This document shows, piece by piece, positions 42,787 through 57,617 of a stretch of 64,000 bases of DNA (the first letter of the stretch is position 1; each line of letters begins with the position of its first letter). The DNA is taken from the NCBI GenBank assembly GCA_951406725.2, contig OX597814.1, positions 36,456,001 through 36,520,000 on the forward strand, read 5' to 3'. The stretch comes from Octopus vulgaris (taxonomy: Eukaryota). The notes below the pieces were generated by a model that worked only from the letters and a program-made list of their open reading frames with translations, was not told the DNA's origin and did no database searches. Both the position numbers and the translations under genes were made by a program.

Positions 42787-44505
42787 GGTGTATTAAGATT
42801 TTGAAAACACACACACACATGGCCCAGTGTTTAGGGAGTTGCAATCGTGTTCGCTGGATCGTGGTTTTAATTTCCAGACTGGCTGTGCATTTTGTTCTTG
42901 AGCGAAACACTTCATTTCACGTTGCTCCAGTCTACTCAGCTGTATATGAGTAGCCTTGCAATGGATTGGCATACAACGGTGAGACGGTGACTCAGGGAAA
43001 TTACATGAACAGAGGTTTTGCGAGCCACGTTTTGTATTCAGCACTTGGAAGGATACCGTGATTCCCGACTGGTTGGGATTGCTTGCTTGATCACATCGAT
43101 TTGAGTTGGGATACTCCATATCCCTACTCACTTAACTATTTCTCAGATTGTGTGTGAGTGCAAGTGAAACAACAACGTCCAGGTTGAAATCTCTAAGTTC
43201 GTTGTAATATCTTAGCTTTAATTTTACCAATAATCTATCTTGTGTATTTTGTTTATTTTCTGAACTTAACTGGTTGCTTATGTGTGCTTGTTTGGGAGTG
43301 CATGTGCGCATCAAGCGACTTCTTTGGAAAGTCCGTTGTACTAAAAGTGCACTGCTTTGTTGATTTTTTTTGATTTTTCGGTAAGATGATTTTTAGTTCG
43401 TCCTCTTCATTTTCTTCATAATTTTTTGGGATGGAGTTTGAGTGTCTGTACTCAGCCCCAGCATTTCACACAAATTCACAATGAACACGTTGTACTCCAT
43501 ACTCAGATTACTTCTGCAGCTGTTGCAGATTATCCAGGAATAATCATCCAAGTTTACTTGTCAGGAAAATCATTGCCTTTCTTCCATATAATAGTTGAAT
43601 ATTTTAAACCTGAAGTTTGATAGGTTTTGACAGGATTTTCATATTTTCTATGGATCAAGTAAACTTTCTTATTTGATCAATCAAATTAATTTAGCTTGAC
43701 TCAATGTATAAATGAAATGATGAAGACAGGTATAATGACTCATGTTTTAACTTAAATGTTATAAGCATTTAAAAAAATAAGGAATACAGAAAATTGCATA
43801 TATCATTAATATGTACACATTGAGAAGAATAGTGAAAGAATAAAACTTATACTGATTTTTGCTGAATGAAATTTTGAGGTTTATATTTATCTGTTAAGAA
43901 TAAAACACTTCTAAATATTAACATGATGTTTTTGTTATTTCTGAATGAATTGAAAATATTGCTTTCAACTGAAAGAAAACCTTCAAATTTAATGTGTATA
44001 TTTCTGGTTCTGCTTATTGGCGAATCATCACAATTTTTTCTTTACATCTGCACAAAATATGGACAAATAGAAAGAAAGAAAAAAATGGGTGGGAAAAAAA
44101 AACAACAAAAAAACAAATAACAAAATAAAGAACAAAAACACACAAATCATGCATGTGTCAGTCATTGCAAGAAAAACAAGTTAGTTTTTGCTTATTTCTC
44201 TTTCTCTTTATTTACTTTCTCATTGATATTAATATTAAACGAGCTGAAACAAAAATCTATTTATTTCTAAAGCTGAATCTGAAAGCATTTCAACTTTTCA
44301 TTGAAAAGATTACACATTCTCAATCCAGTACCAGTGTCATCCTGTCCTAGCTTATGTTTAAACATAAGTCCACCTCATCACTTCACACACATACACACAT
44401 GCATGGAGTTGCATATATACATAAACATGCGAGTGGATGCTTGTGTATATGTGTGAATGTGTATATGTGTATGTATATATGTGTCTGTATATATATATAT
44501 ATATG

Positions 44506-44745
44506 TCATCATCATCATCATCATCGTTTAACGTCCGTTCTCCATGCTAGCATGGGTTGGACGGTTCGACCGGGGATCTGGGAAGCCAGAAGGCTGCACC
44601 AGGCTCCGGTCTTATCTGGCAATGTTTCTACAGCTGGATGCCCTTCCTAACGCCAACCACTCCGTGAGTGTAGTGGGTGCTTTTTACGTGCCACCTGCAC
44701 TGGTGCCAGGCGAGGCTGGCATCGGCCACAGTCGGATTGGTGCAT
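44506..44745 (-). repeat. Repeat family D
   Basis: (CAT)n then gtttaacgtccgttctccatgctagcatgggttggacgg...cccttcctaacgccaacc. Confidence 0.8.
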
Positions 44746-44779
44746 ATGCATATGTATATATATATATATATATATATAA

Positions 44780-45108
44780 TCAATATAGGGTGGCAAAAAA
44801 ATTTTGTAGAATTCTTTTGCCACCAGCGGCCTAGTAGGAAAAAATTAAATAGTCATAAACCATTTTTACGTTCAACATCACAATCAAGGAACGGCCATAA
44901 TAGGCCATTCACCCACTAGAAATAACAGCCAAAAGCTTTAACCGCAAAATAACATTAATACCGTAAACCAGGAGAAAATTGAAAAACTTTTACAAAAGTT
45001 TTTCAATTTTCTCCTGGTTTACGGTATTAATGTTATTTTGCGGTTAAAGCTTTTGGCTGTTATTTCTAGTGGGTGAATGGCCTATTATGGCCGTTCCTTG
45101 ATTGTGAT
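44780..45108. mobile_element. Fold-back element with perfect 115-bp palindrome, in (TA)n
   Basis: 44877-44991 equals reverse complement of 44994-45108; 2-nt spacer. Confidence 0.75.
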
Positions 45109-45670
45109 ATATATATATATATATATATATGGATCTTTTCTCCTTTTATCTTTTATTTCTTTCAGTCATAGGACTGTGGCCACCCTTGCACACTGCATTG
45201 GAGGGTTTTGACTAAACAAACCAATTTATCTTTTAAACCAGGTACTTATTCTATCACTCTCTTCATGCACACACACACACACACACACACATAAATATAT
45301 GTGTGTCTGTGAGATAGAAGATGATGTGGCCATTTTGCAGATTTCAATTAAACTAAACAACCTTTTGGATGAAGTCATTAGAAAAATAATAAATATTCAT
45401 AAAAAAGGGATGTGTTGATATTATTCATTATAAATGTTAGCATTTCAGGCATGACTTTTATGCTTAAAAGAGATGTTAAATTACTAGACCATACCACATG
45501 TTTCAACTGCATAAACTTAGCACTTACACCTGTTGGTGTTGTTATTGTTAATGATGTTAATTAACCGAGGCTGGATATCCATGTGATCAGAGACATACTG
45601 ACCATGACCACTCCAACTTCTTTTCAAGTATTATGTGTTTTTCTTCCTCAGGCTAGGGATGATCAGATCA

Positions 45671-46052
45671 TTACTCTTTTACTCTTTTACTTGCTGGAGC
45701 ACCAACTTTAGTCAAGCAAATAAACCCCAAGGACTTCTTCTATGTAAGCCTAATACTTATTATATCGGTCTCTTTTGCCGAACTGCTAAGTTACGGGGAT
45801 GTAAGCACTCCAGCTTTGGTTGTCAAGCAATGTTTGTTGGGGGAACAAACACTGACACACAAACATATGCACACACACATATATATATACATATATATGA
45901 CGGGCTTCTTTCAGTTTCCATCTACGAAATCCACTCACAAGGCTTTTGTTCGCCTGTAGCTATAGAAGAAGGCACTTGCCCAAGGTGCCATGCAGTGGGA
46001 CTGAATCCAGGACCATGTGGTTGGTAAGCAAGCTACTTACCACACAACCACT
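45671..46052 (-). mobile_element. SINE family A
   Basis: Family match. Confidence 0.8.
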
Positions 46053-46255
46053 ATAACTTTCACAATATGTCTTTGAAATTTGCTGCATTTGCTCCACCAC
46101 CTCCACACAAGCTGAAACAAGTATTTTTAGGTAAATGACTGAACAGATTGGACAGTTATTACCATATACTTTTCATACATACATATATGCATAATATATA
46201 TATACCAGCATACAAAACCCATACGTGCATATGTATATATATTACACATAAGTGT

Positions 46256-46652
46256 AGGAGTGGCTGTGTGGTAAGTAGCTTGATTACCAACCACACGGTT
46301 CAGGGTTCAGTCCCACTGCATGGTACCTTGGCTAAGTGTCTTCTACTGTAGCCTCATGCCAACTAAAGCCTTGTGAGTGGATTTGGTAGATGGAAACTGA
46401 AAGAAGCCCGTCATATATATGTATATATATGTGTATGGAAGTGTATGTGGTTGTGTGTTTGTGTTTGTCTCCCCAACATCGCTTGACAACCAATGCTGAT
46501 GTGTTTACGTCCCCAAAACTTAGCAGTTTGGCAAAAGAGACCGATAGAATAAGTACTTGATTCGCAAAGAATAAGTTCTGGGGTCAATTTGCTAAACTAA
46601 AGCTGGTACTCCAGCATGGCCACAGTCACATGACTGAAACAAGTAAAAGATT
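46256..46652 (+). mobile_element. SINE family A
   Basis: Family match; head aggagtggctgtgtggtaagtagc. Confidence 0.85.
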
Positions 46653-46659
46653 ATAAAGA

Positions 46660-47068
46660 GATGAAGACCCATCAAGCTGAACAAAATCACAGTCAAAATC
46701 GCAGACATGGGCCCCACGGAGGCAATGACTGAGATCTTTAAAGCACCTTTGGAGTGTTGGACCTCATGAAGACATTGTCTGAGACCTTTGGCCTTATGTT
46801 AAGCCTGAGAAGAAGACCCATCAAGTCGAGCAAAATTGCAGTTGTGGCAGATACTAGTGTCACACAAATGGCACCCATGCTGGTGGCATGAAAAAGCACC
46901 CATTACACTCTTGCAGTATTTGGCATTAGGAGAGGCATCCAGCTGTAGAAACCATGCCAAATCAGATTGGAGTCCAGTGCAGCCTTCTAGCTTGCCAGCC
47001 CCAGTCAAACCATCCAGCCCATGTCAGCATGGACAACAGACATTAAATCATGATGATGATGATGATGA
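46660..47068 (+). repeat. Repeat family D
   Basis: ggcatccagctgtagaaaccatgcc...(GAT)n tail. Confidence 0.7.
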
Positions 47069-47237
47069 CGTTGAGATATATATATATATATAAATTTAAA
47101 ATGATGGTGAGAAATTGGATATCAATTTAATTAACATCAATTTGATACCAGTGGTCTAGCATATTAACATCTAAACATTCAGCAAATTCCAATATAATAA
47201 TACAATAATAATACAATTTACTGAACCTTCAGATATT

Positions 47238-47337
<100 letters not shown>

Positions 47338-49203
47338 TACACACACATATGTTTATTTTTTTTCTTTTGTTTCAGTAATTAGTCTGCAGCCATGCTGGGG
47401 CACTGCCTCTTAAAGAATATTTTAGTAAAATGAATCGGTCCCAATACTTATTTTTTTATTGAGTAGCGTATATGTGTGTGTGTGTATGTGAGTAGAGCAA
47501 TATCTTTGGGTCTACCTTTATCCCCACCCCACAAAAAGGGGTAATGTGAAGTAGAGAAAAAGAAAGATGGAATACTCAAGATTGCTCGGGAAGAAGTAAC
47601 ATGGAACCAACCTCACAGCTCAAAGATGCCAATGCCACTGTTTTAATGTTGGAAAGAGAAAAGGGGTGAGGACACATCTCTTTGGGCCAGAAGCTGGAGT
47701 GTATCTGTGAGAAAATTTATGCCAAGTTATTGTAACAGATGATGAGGCATGGCTATTGATGGAATTGTTGATGTGGATTATAACATAATTTAGTGTTTTA
47801 TTTAATGTTTGGTTGTTTGCATCGAACACAAACTGCTTGCTGCCTTTGCTTGTTTTATCTTTTTTTTTCTTTTGTTTAGTTGCTTGCGATGATTTTTGTT
47901 GTATTTGGTATTAGTATGTTTTAGCTGAGGTTGTCTCAAGAATTTATCATACAGTATATTTTAGTTGTGTATTTGGCATTTTTTAAAATTTTATCATATC
48001 ACTCTGTGATGTGTTTTCAAAATGTATGAATTTGTTGCAAAGTAATTCTAATGCAACAAGTTACTTGTTAGGAGAACTTAACATTGTAGTACTTCATTCA
48101 AGAAGTAATGAATATACAAACTGTAAAAAGTTTTAAAAAACTAATAGCTTAATCAACCGCTTAACACCTAAATTATCAATATGCAGGAAAAAAATATAAT
48201 TGGCAAACATTAGCTAAAAGCATGACTGAAAAATTTGCAACAGCAAACAGATATTTTAATTGCTTGCATGTAATAATGTTGTTCAAATATGAAGAATCCT
48301 TAGAGCTTGTCCAAGTTTTAAATTTTGTTTTCTTCCCATTAGAGCATAGTATTTGAAGCATCAAGTATTATTAACAATAGGCATTATAGGGTTAAACATT
48401 TCAGAAAATTCATGGATCAGGGAGCCACTGTTTAAATTCTATGTCTCTGGAATTGCTACACAGCACATGCCTTTCCTGCAGTCATTAGATTGCAACTGTT
48501 TATGCGTAACATTAACAGCATCAATCTTACCTGTCTCAGAGGGCCTCTGTGAAAGCAATGTTTACTGCTTCCTCTTCTAGGCTTATCGAAACGAAGAATA
48601 ACAAAAAAAAAACAACAAATAAATAAATAAATAAATAAAAAAGGAAACACTGTTGTGTTGTAGGTAAAAGACAGAGATATATGCAAGCCATAATAATATA
48701 GGCTTGGAAACAGGAGGTGCAAGAGGTGCAAACACACCTAAAATTTTTGGTGGGCAATGAAAGCACTCTGGACACCTTAAGTGGGTCCTGGGTTTGCACC
48801 TACTAAGCAAATTATGTTCCTGCTCTTATGCTTAACAAGTGGCTACATCAAAGGTTCTGGTACCTATTTTCAACATAAAGGTGAAATTACATGTTAATGA
48901 AGGAACATCTACATGGTCACTCAACTTCATAAAGATAGCAAACGAATCTCACTCAAATTGTTCCTTATTGTCTTATAACAGAAAAAATACAACAATAGCG
49001 ATGTAGTCATATGAATAGTGGCACATTGATCATAGCTGGATTATCTTTGGTCATAGGTGTGCTTGAGCAAGACTGACTCAGGGCTAAACAACAACAAAGG
49101 TAAACCAAATCCTTTACAGTAAGGCAACCGCATATCCTACCCAGGAGTATGGAAAGATATTTCCAATGGATTAGAAGTAATAAACTATGATAAAGTAGTA
49201 ACT

Positions 49204-49204
<1 letters not shown>

Positions 49205-49242
<38 letters not shown>

Positions 49243-49346
49243 ATACTGCTGCTGCTGCTGCTGCTGCTGCTATCACCACCACCATCAATACCACCAGCAC
49301 CACCAGCACCAGAACCACCAGCACCACCACCAGCACCACCACCACC

Positions 49347-49439
<93 letters not shown>

Positions 49440-49440
49440 G
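49205..49440. repeat. Compound (CTA)n/(CTG)n/(CAC)n microsatellite
   Basis: Direct reading. Confidence 0.95.
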
Positions 49441-49870
49441 GTGCTGCATAGTATGGCAGGTTATGCTGTGTGATCAGTGCTGTGTGATTTAGATTGGGAA
49501 ACAGAAAGCTTTGGGGTCCATTTTTGCAAAAATTACATCAGATTGTCTCTTATAAATTGAAGACATATTTGTGCTATATTTATTTTGAGTCATCTATGAA
49601 TTGTGAAACCCTATGTTAGTAGCTTATGCATAAATCCAGCAGATTAAATCACAAAATAACTCCTATGTGTTCATAGTTTCTCCCAAACACACTACCAGTT
49701 GCCATTGTTGGTGTTAGTTGTTTAGTTTGAGATCAGGCTTGATCAAGCAGACTTATGATTAAGGGCATTCAAGTCGTGTCCATCCTGTCTTTATTTTTTT
49801 ATGTCTTTATATACTAAATAATGAATTCTTCAGCTTATAAGATGACAAATTTGATAAAATAAATACCAGT

Positions 49871-50168
49871 TGTGGAGGCGTAATGGCCCAGTGGGTAGGG
49901 CAGCGGTCTTGTGGTCAGAGGATCGCAGTTTCAATTCCCAGACCAGGCGTTGTGTGTGTTTATTGAGTGAAAATGCCTAAAGCTTCACAAGGCTCCTGCA
50001 GGGGGGGGGGCGACCCCTGTTGTACTCTTTCACCACAACTTTCTCTCACTCTTTCTTCCTGTTTCTTGAGTAATGCTGCAATGGACTGGCGTCCAATCCA
50101 GCTGGGGGGGGGCATACACCACAGAAACCGGGAAACCAGGCTCATGAGCCTGGATAGGCTTGAAAAGG
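49871..50168 (+). mobile_element. SINE family C
   Basis: gtggaggcgtaatggcccagtgg.tagggcagcgg...catgagcctggataggcttgaaaa. Confidence 0.8.
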
Positions 50169-50519
50169 GAGCATAAATAAAAAAAAAATACCAGTTACTA
50201 TGCTTGGTTGTTAAAAAGTCAATAAGTTTGATTGCCCATCGATAGGTACCTCTGATCACAAGATCATGAAATTGAGGAACATTTGTGGCTATTTCTAGTA
50301 GATTTAAATAACTTCATAGAGACTCCTCATTGGTACAACGAGCTATGTTATATCTGTATCTCAGATTTATCTTGAACAAAGTAAAATAGAAGTGTGTTTA
50401 GTGAACAATGAATACTACATAGAACTAGGGATATAACATTGATCCAAATGAGTCCTTTACATAGCAAATCTTTTAAAAATATTATATAACAAACCAAGTC
50501 AATGAGAGAGTCTTTATGG

Positions 50520-51134
50520 CAAGGATTCATAAACTGGGGTGTTTACATACCTTTGGAGTGTAAGATGTGTTTCAGGATGTGCAAACAAAGAAGGAATGTA
50601 CTTTTTTTTTTATTAAAATTACTTTTCTGAATAAAATTATTAACTAATTCTTAAAAATAACTTTTTTCTGCGAAGTACACCATATATAGATTTAACCCTT
50701 AAGACATTTATATGACTTAAACAGTGTCCTCACTCCATTTGCAAACACATAGCTTTATATATCTGGATTCAATTCTCTCTTACCAATCAATAAAAAATAT
50801 AAAAGTCAACTGAATTTACAGGCAGGAAAATTCCACGTTTTAATAAAGTCATGAATGAGGAACAGCTACAAAGAAGTCCATGAATATTATGTTCACAGTT
50901 ATGATTTATTTCACTGTTTACAGTTTTTCTATAATTACTCAATTTATATTTGCCTTTGTGTCGAAAGCTTATTTTTTAGAGTTTAATTTGTTTACTAATA
51001 GTACTGTGTGTAGTTCAATAAAAAAAAATTGAGTTATTAGAAAACTGACTTTTTAATCTTCCAATGCGATACTGGGAAAAATTAATTAAACATTTCCTAG
51101 AGATGCAAGAGCAGAAAATGGTTTGGAAACACTG
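50520..51134. mobile_element. Possible degenerate hAT-type MITE
   Basis: Imperfect termini caaggattcataaact / ggtttggaaacactg. Confidence 0.35.
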
Positions 51135-52690
51135 CTCTCTGAGTTTGCTTGACATATTAAAAGCAGTAGCTAAATATTCCTTGGATTACATCCATTTTTT
51201 AGAATTTGCAAATATCTTGTTCTACTTAGGTTGTTCCTGAAAAAAAAAAAAAAGTGCTGGCAAAGTTAATTCTCCCTTGAATGCCATTGATCATACATTT
51301 AGACAGCCAAGGTTGACCAGTGACTCAGCAATGACATTTATATAAGAAATTCATGGAAGAACAAATAACTGTAAGTTATATGTCTGCTACTGTATACTGA
51401 CTAACAAAGAACTTGGTTACATTTCTATCAAATAAACAGGGATAAAATATAATATCCTAAATGGTTGGTATTGTTGTTTAGACCCAAGCCAGCTCTGACT
51501 GAGCAAACCTAAGATCAAATACATTCCAACAGTGACCATCCCATTTTTAAAATTTGTCCTTCAATTTTCTTTTAAGATGATAGAATGTAATTTGAAGACA
51601 ATTTGGTTGCTATTTCCAGCTATTTGACCAATGATATAGATGCTCTCTCATTGACTCAGATAATATCATATAATATCCCATCTTTATTGAGGTGGAAACT
51701 TCACATCTACTAGAACACATAATAAATCAATTTATCATATTTATTTCCAATGGAATATAGAAGCAGATGCCATTATTGAGTCATGGCTGCTGTTTGCTAA
51801 ATAGCCAATGGCAGAACTATTGCCTTGCTTCTAGAATTTCTGTTTGAAGCTAGAACAGATGTTGTCATCATTAATTCTAGTACATGGATCTCAGGCACAT
51901 TGTATAACTTTCCTAGCAGAACTACCAACACTTATCCAAATCAACAAGGCGGCCTCTATATGGCTGCCAACTTTCTAGAAATAGCAGAGCAATCTCTTGC
52001 AAATGATACCCATCTTTTATAAAGAATATATTGCAGAATGTTGTCTTACAAATGATATAATCAGGAATGAAATATCTTTAAAGTATGGATAGATCCAAAG
52101 CAATCCTTAGTTAGATAGCTACCATGGAAGAATGAATAGGAGACATGCATTGCCATTCTAAGTTACACAGACAGCATAGTAAGGTAGCCATTTGGCAGTG
52201 CTGTTAGAGTTGTATATATATCAATTTGTGGAAATTGTTCTGGTTCTGCATTCAAAGTGAAAATCCTGATAAAGTCAACTCTTCTATCCATCCTCTTGGG
52301 GTTGAAGGATTAAATAACATTCCCATTCTGAAGTAAATTTTCTTCTGTCTCTCAACTTTTATTTCTGCCTGTGTTGCTTCCTGAAAGAAATTGGTTGTAG
52401 TCAGTCTTGTAGAGGTATGGTCTGCACTATGTTTAAAAGGGTGCTCAAGATATGCCGAATACCACACCAGTACCTTTATGATTCCATCAAGGAAACGAGA
52501 GCCCAAGGCAGGTTGAGAGTGCATAGTACAGTGAATATGAGAAAGAATGACTAGAGAGCAGAGAAGTGATCAAGAGATGAATGAGTTAGAGAGAGAGAGG
52601 GGGGGAAGTGAGAGATAGCAGATGTAGACTTAACATGAACATATTGTCATTGTTATTTCTAGTACATGGAACTCATTTGGGTCATTGTTA

Positions 52691-52907
52691 TACTCTTTAC
52701 TCTTTTACTTGTTTCAGTCATTTGATTGTGGCCATGCTGGAGGACCGCCTTTAGTCAAGCAAATCGACCCCAGGACTTATTCTTTGTAAGCCTAGTACTT
52801 ATTCTATCGGTCCCATTTGCCAAACCGCTAAGTTACAGGGATGTAAACTCACCAGCATCGGTTGTCAAGCGATGTTGGAGGGGACAAACACAGACACACA
52901 AACATAT

Positions 52908-52938
<31 letters not shown>

Positions 52939-53040
52939 CATATATACGACAGGCATCTTTCAGTTTCCGTCTATCAAATCCACTCACAAGGCTTTGGTCG
53001 GCCCGAGGCTATAGTAGAAAACACTCGCCCAAGATGCCAT
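52691..53040 (-). mobile_element. SINE family A, head truncated
   Basis: Family match. Confidence 0.8.
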
Positions 53041-53129
53041 GTGAATGAAGCAAGTGAATAGTTCACTGAAGCATTATTCTCATTCATTCAGGCTCATAAA
53101 AATTGACCCAAATGTTGATGTATGTTACA

Positions 53130-53830
53130 TCCCAGCCTCCATCACTACCACCCTTTTTAACATTCATTTCACCAAGCCTTGCACTAGTAAATGCATCTTC
53201 CATAGTTAATTCATTGAAGTCAGCATCCTGAAATCCGATTTTACCAATTCTTTTCATATTTTCCTGGATCTCTGTCTTACATAGTTCTGATCAGCTTTGA
53301 GTGGATGAAACTTTTCATAATGCATTACATGACTGTATCAGTCCAGTTTTCTCTCTAGTTCACATCATCTAAGGTCTCTTTTACATTTATTTTCTCTCAA
53401 TACTTTTTAGTCATCAAGCATCCTCTGTATACAGGCTTCACATCTCATTACAACCCAGTATTGTATTTGTACAAAAGCATCATAAAAATCTGCCCTTTAT
53501 TCTGGGACGAAAACCCTTTGTTACCAGCCTGTGACAGTGATTCACTGAACTTTTTCTTGACCACCCTTGCACAAGCTATTATGTTTTCCAAACACTTTTT
53601 TCTCCATTGGTAATTAAATCACTTAGGTCACAGATACTAAGAATGCATTTAGGAGAATCTACTTCATATTTGGTCTTAGTTTTTACTGTACCTGAGAATC
53701 TGCTGCATCAAAACTTTTGCCTTCCCTGTAAGTCTCTCTCTGATTCCCATATTCTTCTTGTGCAAAGCTACTCTTTTAATCCTTTTCTTAACAGTAACAT
53801 CAGCATGTATATAACAATGTCCAGTAATTT
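53130..53830 (-). mobile_element. Degenerate RTE-like LINE 3' fragment
   Basis: Broken minus-strand frames resembling the RTE post-YADD region (KVNTKTK; KGFRPRIKGR); family D-like 3' end near 53150. Confidence 0.45.
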
Positions 53831-54042
53831 TTCCTACCTATTAATACATTAGTCTTTGCTTAGTTAGCAACTAAACAAACATAAAAATGCATACATACAT
53901 ACATGCATACATACATACATACATACATACATACATACATACATACATACATACATACATACATACATACATACATACATACATACACATACATACATAC
54001 ATACATATATAGATACATACGTACATACATATATAGATACAT

Positions 54043-54095
<53 letters not shown>

Positions 54096-55471
54096 TGCAC
54101 AAACACAAGCACATATATATATGCAAGTATGATAATACCCTATTATGTTAAAAAATAGTGCTGAAATCTACTACTGGATGCTAGCAAATTTGTTTACACA
54201 TCTATGACTGTGGATTTTGATCAGGAGAAGTTGGTAGGCTTTTCAAGGTTAAAACATAATGTCCTCCTGTTTTCACTGTTATATCTGAAATGTTATAATA
54301 TCAAACATTCCTTATGTTATCTTATTACTCTCCAACTGTGTATCTTCAACAAGCACACCATTCAATAATTCCTATGACCTGTACACTATGACTGTGCATA
54401 TGACACTCTTCTCGGGCTGTTCTGCACATACTCATTTATACTAACTAGTATAGTTCACCTAGCCAAATATGGGGGCTACATACAACACTTTTCTTAGTTT
54501 ATTTTTTTAATAGAAAGTAAAGCCTCTCCCCATGTCTCATAAAATGAAGGAATGAAGCCTATCTTACACAGTACTGGTGTCGTTCAAGAATTTGGACCTG
54601 GAGATCTCCATTTCCAGCAACTTCGAGGGCCACCTCCCAGTGCTGTCGGGCGTTAACGAAGAGCCCTTGACTACAACAGATGATCAAAGTTTTTTTTTTT
54701 CCAAGGTCTGGGGTCTCCCGCCCCTAAGCCCTGGACCATCACTTATCACCTTTACCCATCTTGTTGCTTAACAACAACAACAACAACAACAAAAACACGG
54801 GACTGGTGTTTTTGTAAAGACATATACACAAGCCCCACCCACTCCACATACACACACATACAGCAAAGCGGATTGGCATAATGTATACATTCAAAGTTTG
54901 CTGAAATCGCTTTTACCATTCAAACTTCCACTATGATTAGTGCTATAATAATGTCACAAATTGAAGTAAATTTTACACATATCTTAACCACCAAAAATTA
55001 TACTTAAGAACTTCACCAGCAAAAATATATGAATGGATTTCTTCACTGAAAAGCTCAACTTTATCGATGCAACCTGTTCAAAACTCAAGATAGGTGAGGT
55101 AATCTCTTGCCTAAACCATTCATTTTTATTCTTTATTCGATTCATTGCTGATCTTTTCTATAACAATAAACTTCCATAAAATAAATAGATATCTTATAAG
55201 TTTCATAAGTTGATAAATAATGTTTTGCTTCCTGGCTGTAATTCTTGTGTTTATTCTCTTGAAGACAATATGGGCAAAGATAAAAAGAATTTATTTTTAA
55301 TCATGTCAAATTTCTATGTAAACTTTAAATCCAACAAAGATACACTGACGAGTAATAGAGATTCTTTAAATCAATTGACAATTTACAGTGACACTAGAAA
55401 AAATTGAAAACAAAAAATATTCATTGAGATGTACTCTTGGAGGGTTAGAAAGAAACGGAGAGATACATACA

Positions 55472-55503
<32 letters not shown>

Positions 55504-55698
55504 CATACACATAGTGTTCTTTAAAAAACGTAGTCACACAAGCAACTGATAACTAAATTTTATTTTTTCTAAATTTAACCCATTAGAAATAATGAAGCGT
55601 GCCAGACGAAGCTTGAAACAAAGGAAATTTGTTATTTAATTGAAGCTGACACATCCATTTCCAAGTAAGTTTATCTTCACCTTTTTGATGCCCCTCTC

Positions 55699-56095
55699 TA
55701 CTCTTTACTCTTTACTCTTTTAGTTGTTTCAGCCATTTGACTGTGGCCATGCTGGAGCACCGCCTTTAGTCGAGCAAATCGACCCCAAGACTTATTCTTT
55801 GTAAGCCTAGTACTTATTCTATTGGTCTCTTTGGCCGAACCGCCAAGTTACGGGGATGTAAACACACCATCACTGGTTATCAAGCAATGTTGTGGGGACA
55901 AACACAGATACACAAACATACATATTTATATATATACTACGGGCTTCTTTTCAGTTTCCGTCTACCAAATCCACTCACAAAGATTTGGTCGGCCTGAGGC
56001 TATAGTAGAAGACACTTGCCCAAGGTGCCATGTTGTGGGACTGAACCCGGAACCATGTGGTTGGTAAGCAAGCTACTTACCACACAGCCACTCCT
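55699..56095 (-). mobile_element. SINE family A
   Basis: Family match. Confidence 0.85.
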
Positions 56096-56166
56096 ATCCC
56101 TAATTCCTTTTTCTCCCCCTTACTGCCTTCACCGTTTTCTCTCTCTCTCTCTCTCTCTCTCCCTCT

Positions 56167-56205
<39 letters not shown>

Positions 56206-56749
56206 TTTCTCTTTTTCTCTCTCTCTCTCTCTCATTGATCACACTGAAGTGCTACTGGAAGTTTGAAAACGGAGTCAAACTGTAAAGACAGATTAGGAAG
56301 GAGTTTGAAAAAGTAGCAGTGAAGTGAATTACCATCACTCAAATTAGAGAAAAAATTGAAGAAGATGAAACGGATTAGAATGTTCTAAAGGAAACATTCC
56401 AGAAAACTTAAAACAATGATGAGCTTCACAAAGTAAGAAAGAATACTAGTAATGTGTGGTCAGAGTTCAAGAAAATTTGTTTAGCAAACAAGCTGTGAGA
56501 TAAGAAAATCCGAATCAAACATGGATTGAATTTTGAAGCACTGTCATTAGGAAAGATACAGCCCAAGAATAGTCTATGCTATCAATTAAGATGATCTGGA
56601 ATGAAGAATGGAATTTTACAAGTGGTAAGTTGCATAGAACATACACACTTTGTAACAAAGACTGTTTGGAGAGATGAGGCTATGTTGAAATTATGTATCT
56701 CAGTTAACCACTTCAGTTGCACCTATTAGGGACCTGAAAAGCTGTATAT

Positions 56750-56939
56750 TACTCTTTTACTCTTTTACTTGTTTCAGTCATTTGACTGTGACCATGCTGG
56801 AGCACTGCCTTTAGTTGAGCAAATCGACCCCAGGACTTATTCTGTTGGTCTCTTTTGCCAAACTGCTAAGTTATGGGAATGTAAACACACCAGCATCGGT
56901 TGTCAAGTGATGTTGGGTGGATAAACACAAACACATAAA

Positions 56940-57035
<96 letters not shown>

Positions 57036-57198
57036 TACGATGGGCTTCTTTCAGTTTCTGTCTACCAAATTCACTCACAAGGCTTTGGTCAGCCCAAGGC
57101 TATAGCAGAAGATACTTGCCCAAGGTGTCACGCAGTGGAAATGAACCCGGAACAATGTGGTTGGTAAACAAGCTACTTACCACACAGCCACTCCTGCA
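56750..57198 (-). mobile_element. SINE family A
   Basis: Family match with expanded internal (CA)n(TA)n. Confidence 0.85.
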
Positions 57199-57617
57199 CC
57201 TATATTATAATATTATAGACAAGTTTCATGTTCATCAATAAAAACTAGTTGGACCATTCTCATTTTTTTGGGAGCAGTACTATGACTGGTCCATCTTTAT
57301 TTTCCCCATATGACCATCTTTCTTTTCCTGCATGGATGTTTAAATGAGCTAACTTGTTTTTCTCTCCCTCTTCTATCTGTCCTCTTTTCAAAAGAAATGT
57401 GTCACCCAGCATTCACTATTTTCCTCTCATTCTGGTCTAACGACCCTCCATATTTGTTTGTGTTCAGTTTCCTCAAATGTCTCCACTGTCATTTTTTTTT
57501 TGGTGACATCCTGTACCCATGTACATGTACATATATACATACACATATATGTGTGTGTGTATGTATATATATATATCATATATTATTTATCATTTATGAT
57601 ATATTTATATATATATA

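Noticed and set aside
54577-54790. GC-richer ORF before (AAC)n as a gene or CRE/NeSL 3' end
   Set aside because: Too short and too weakly similar to assign
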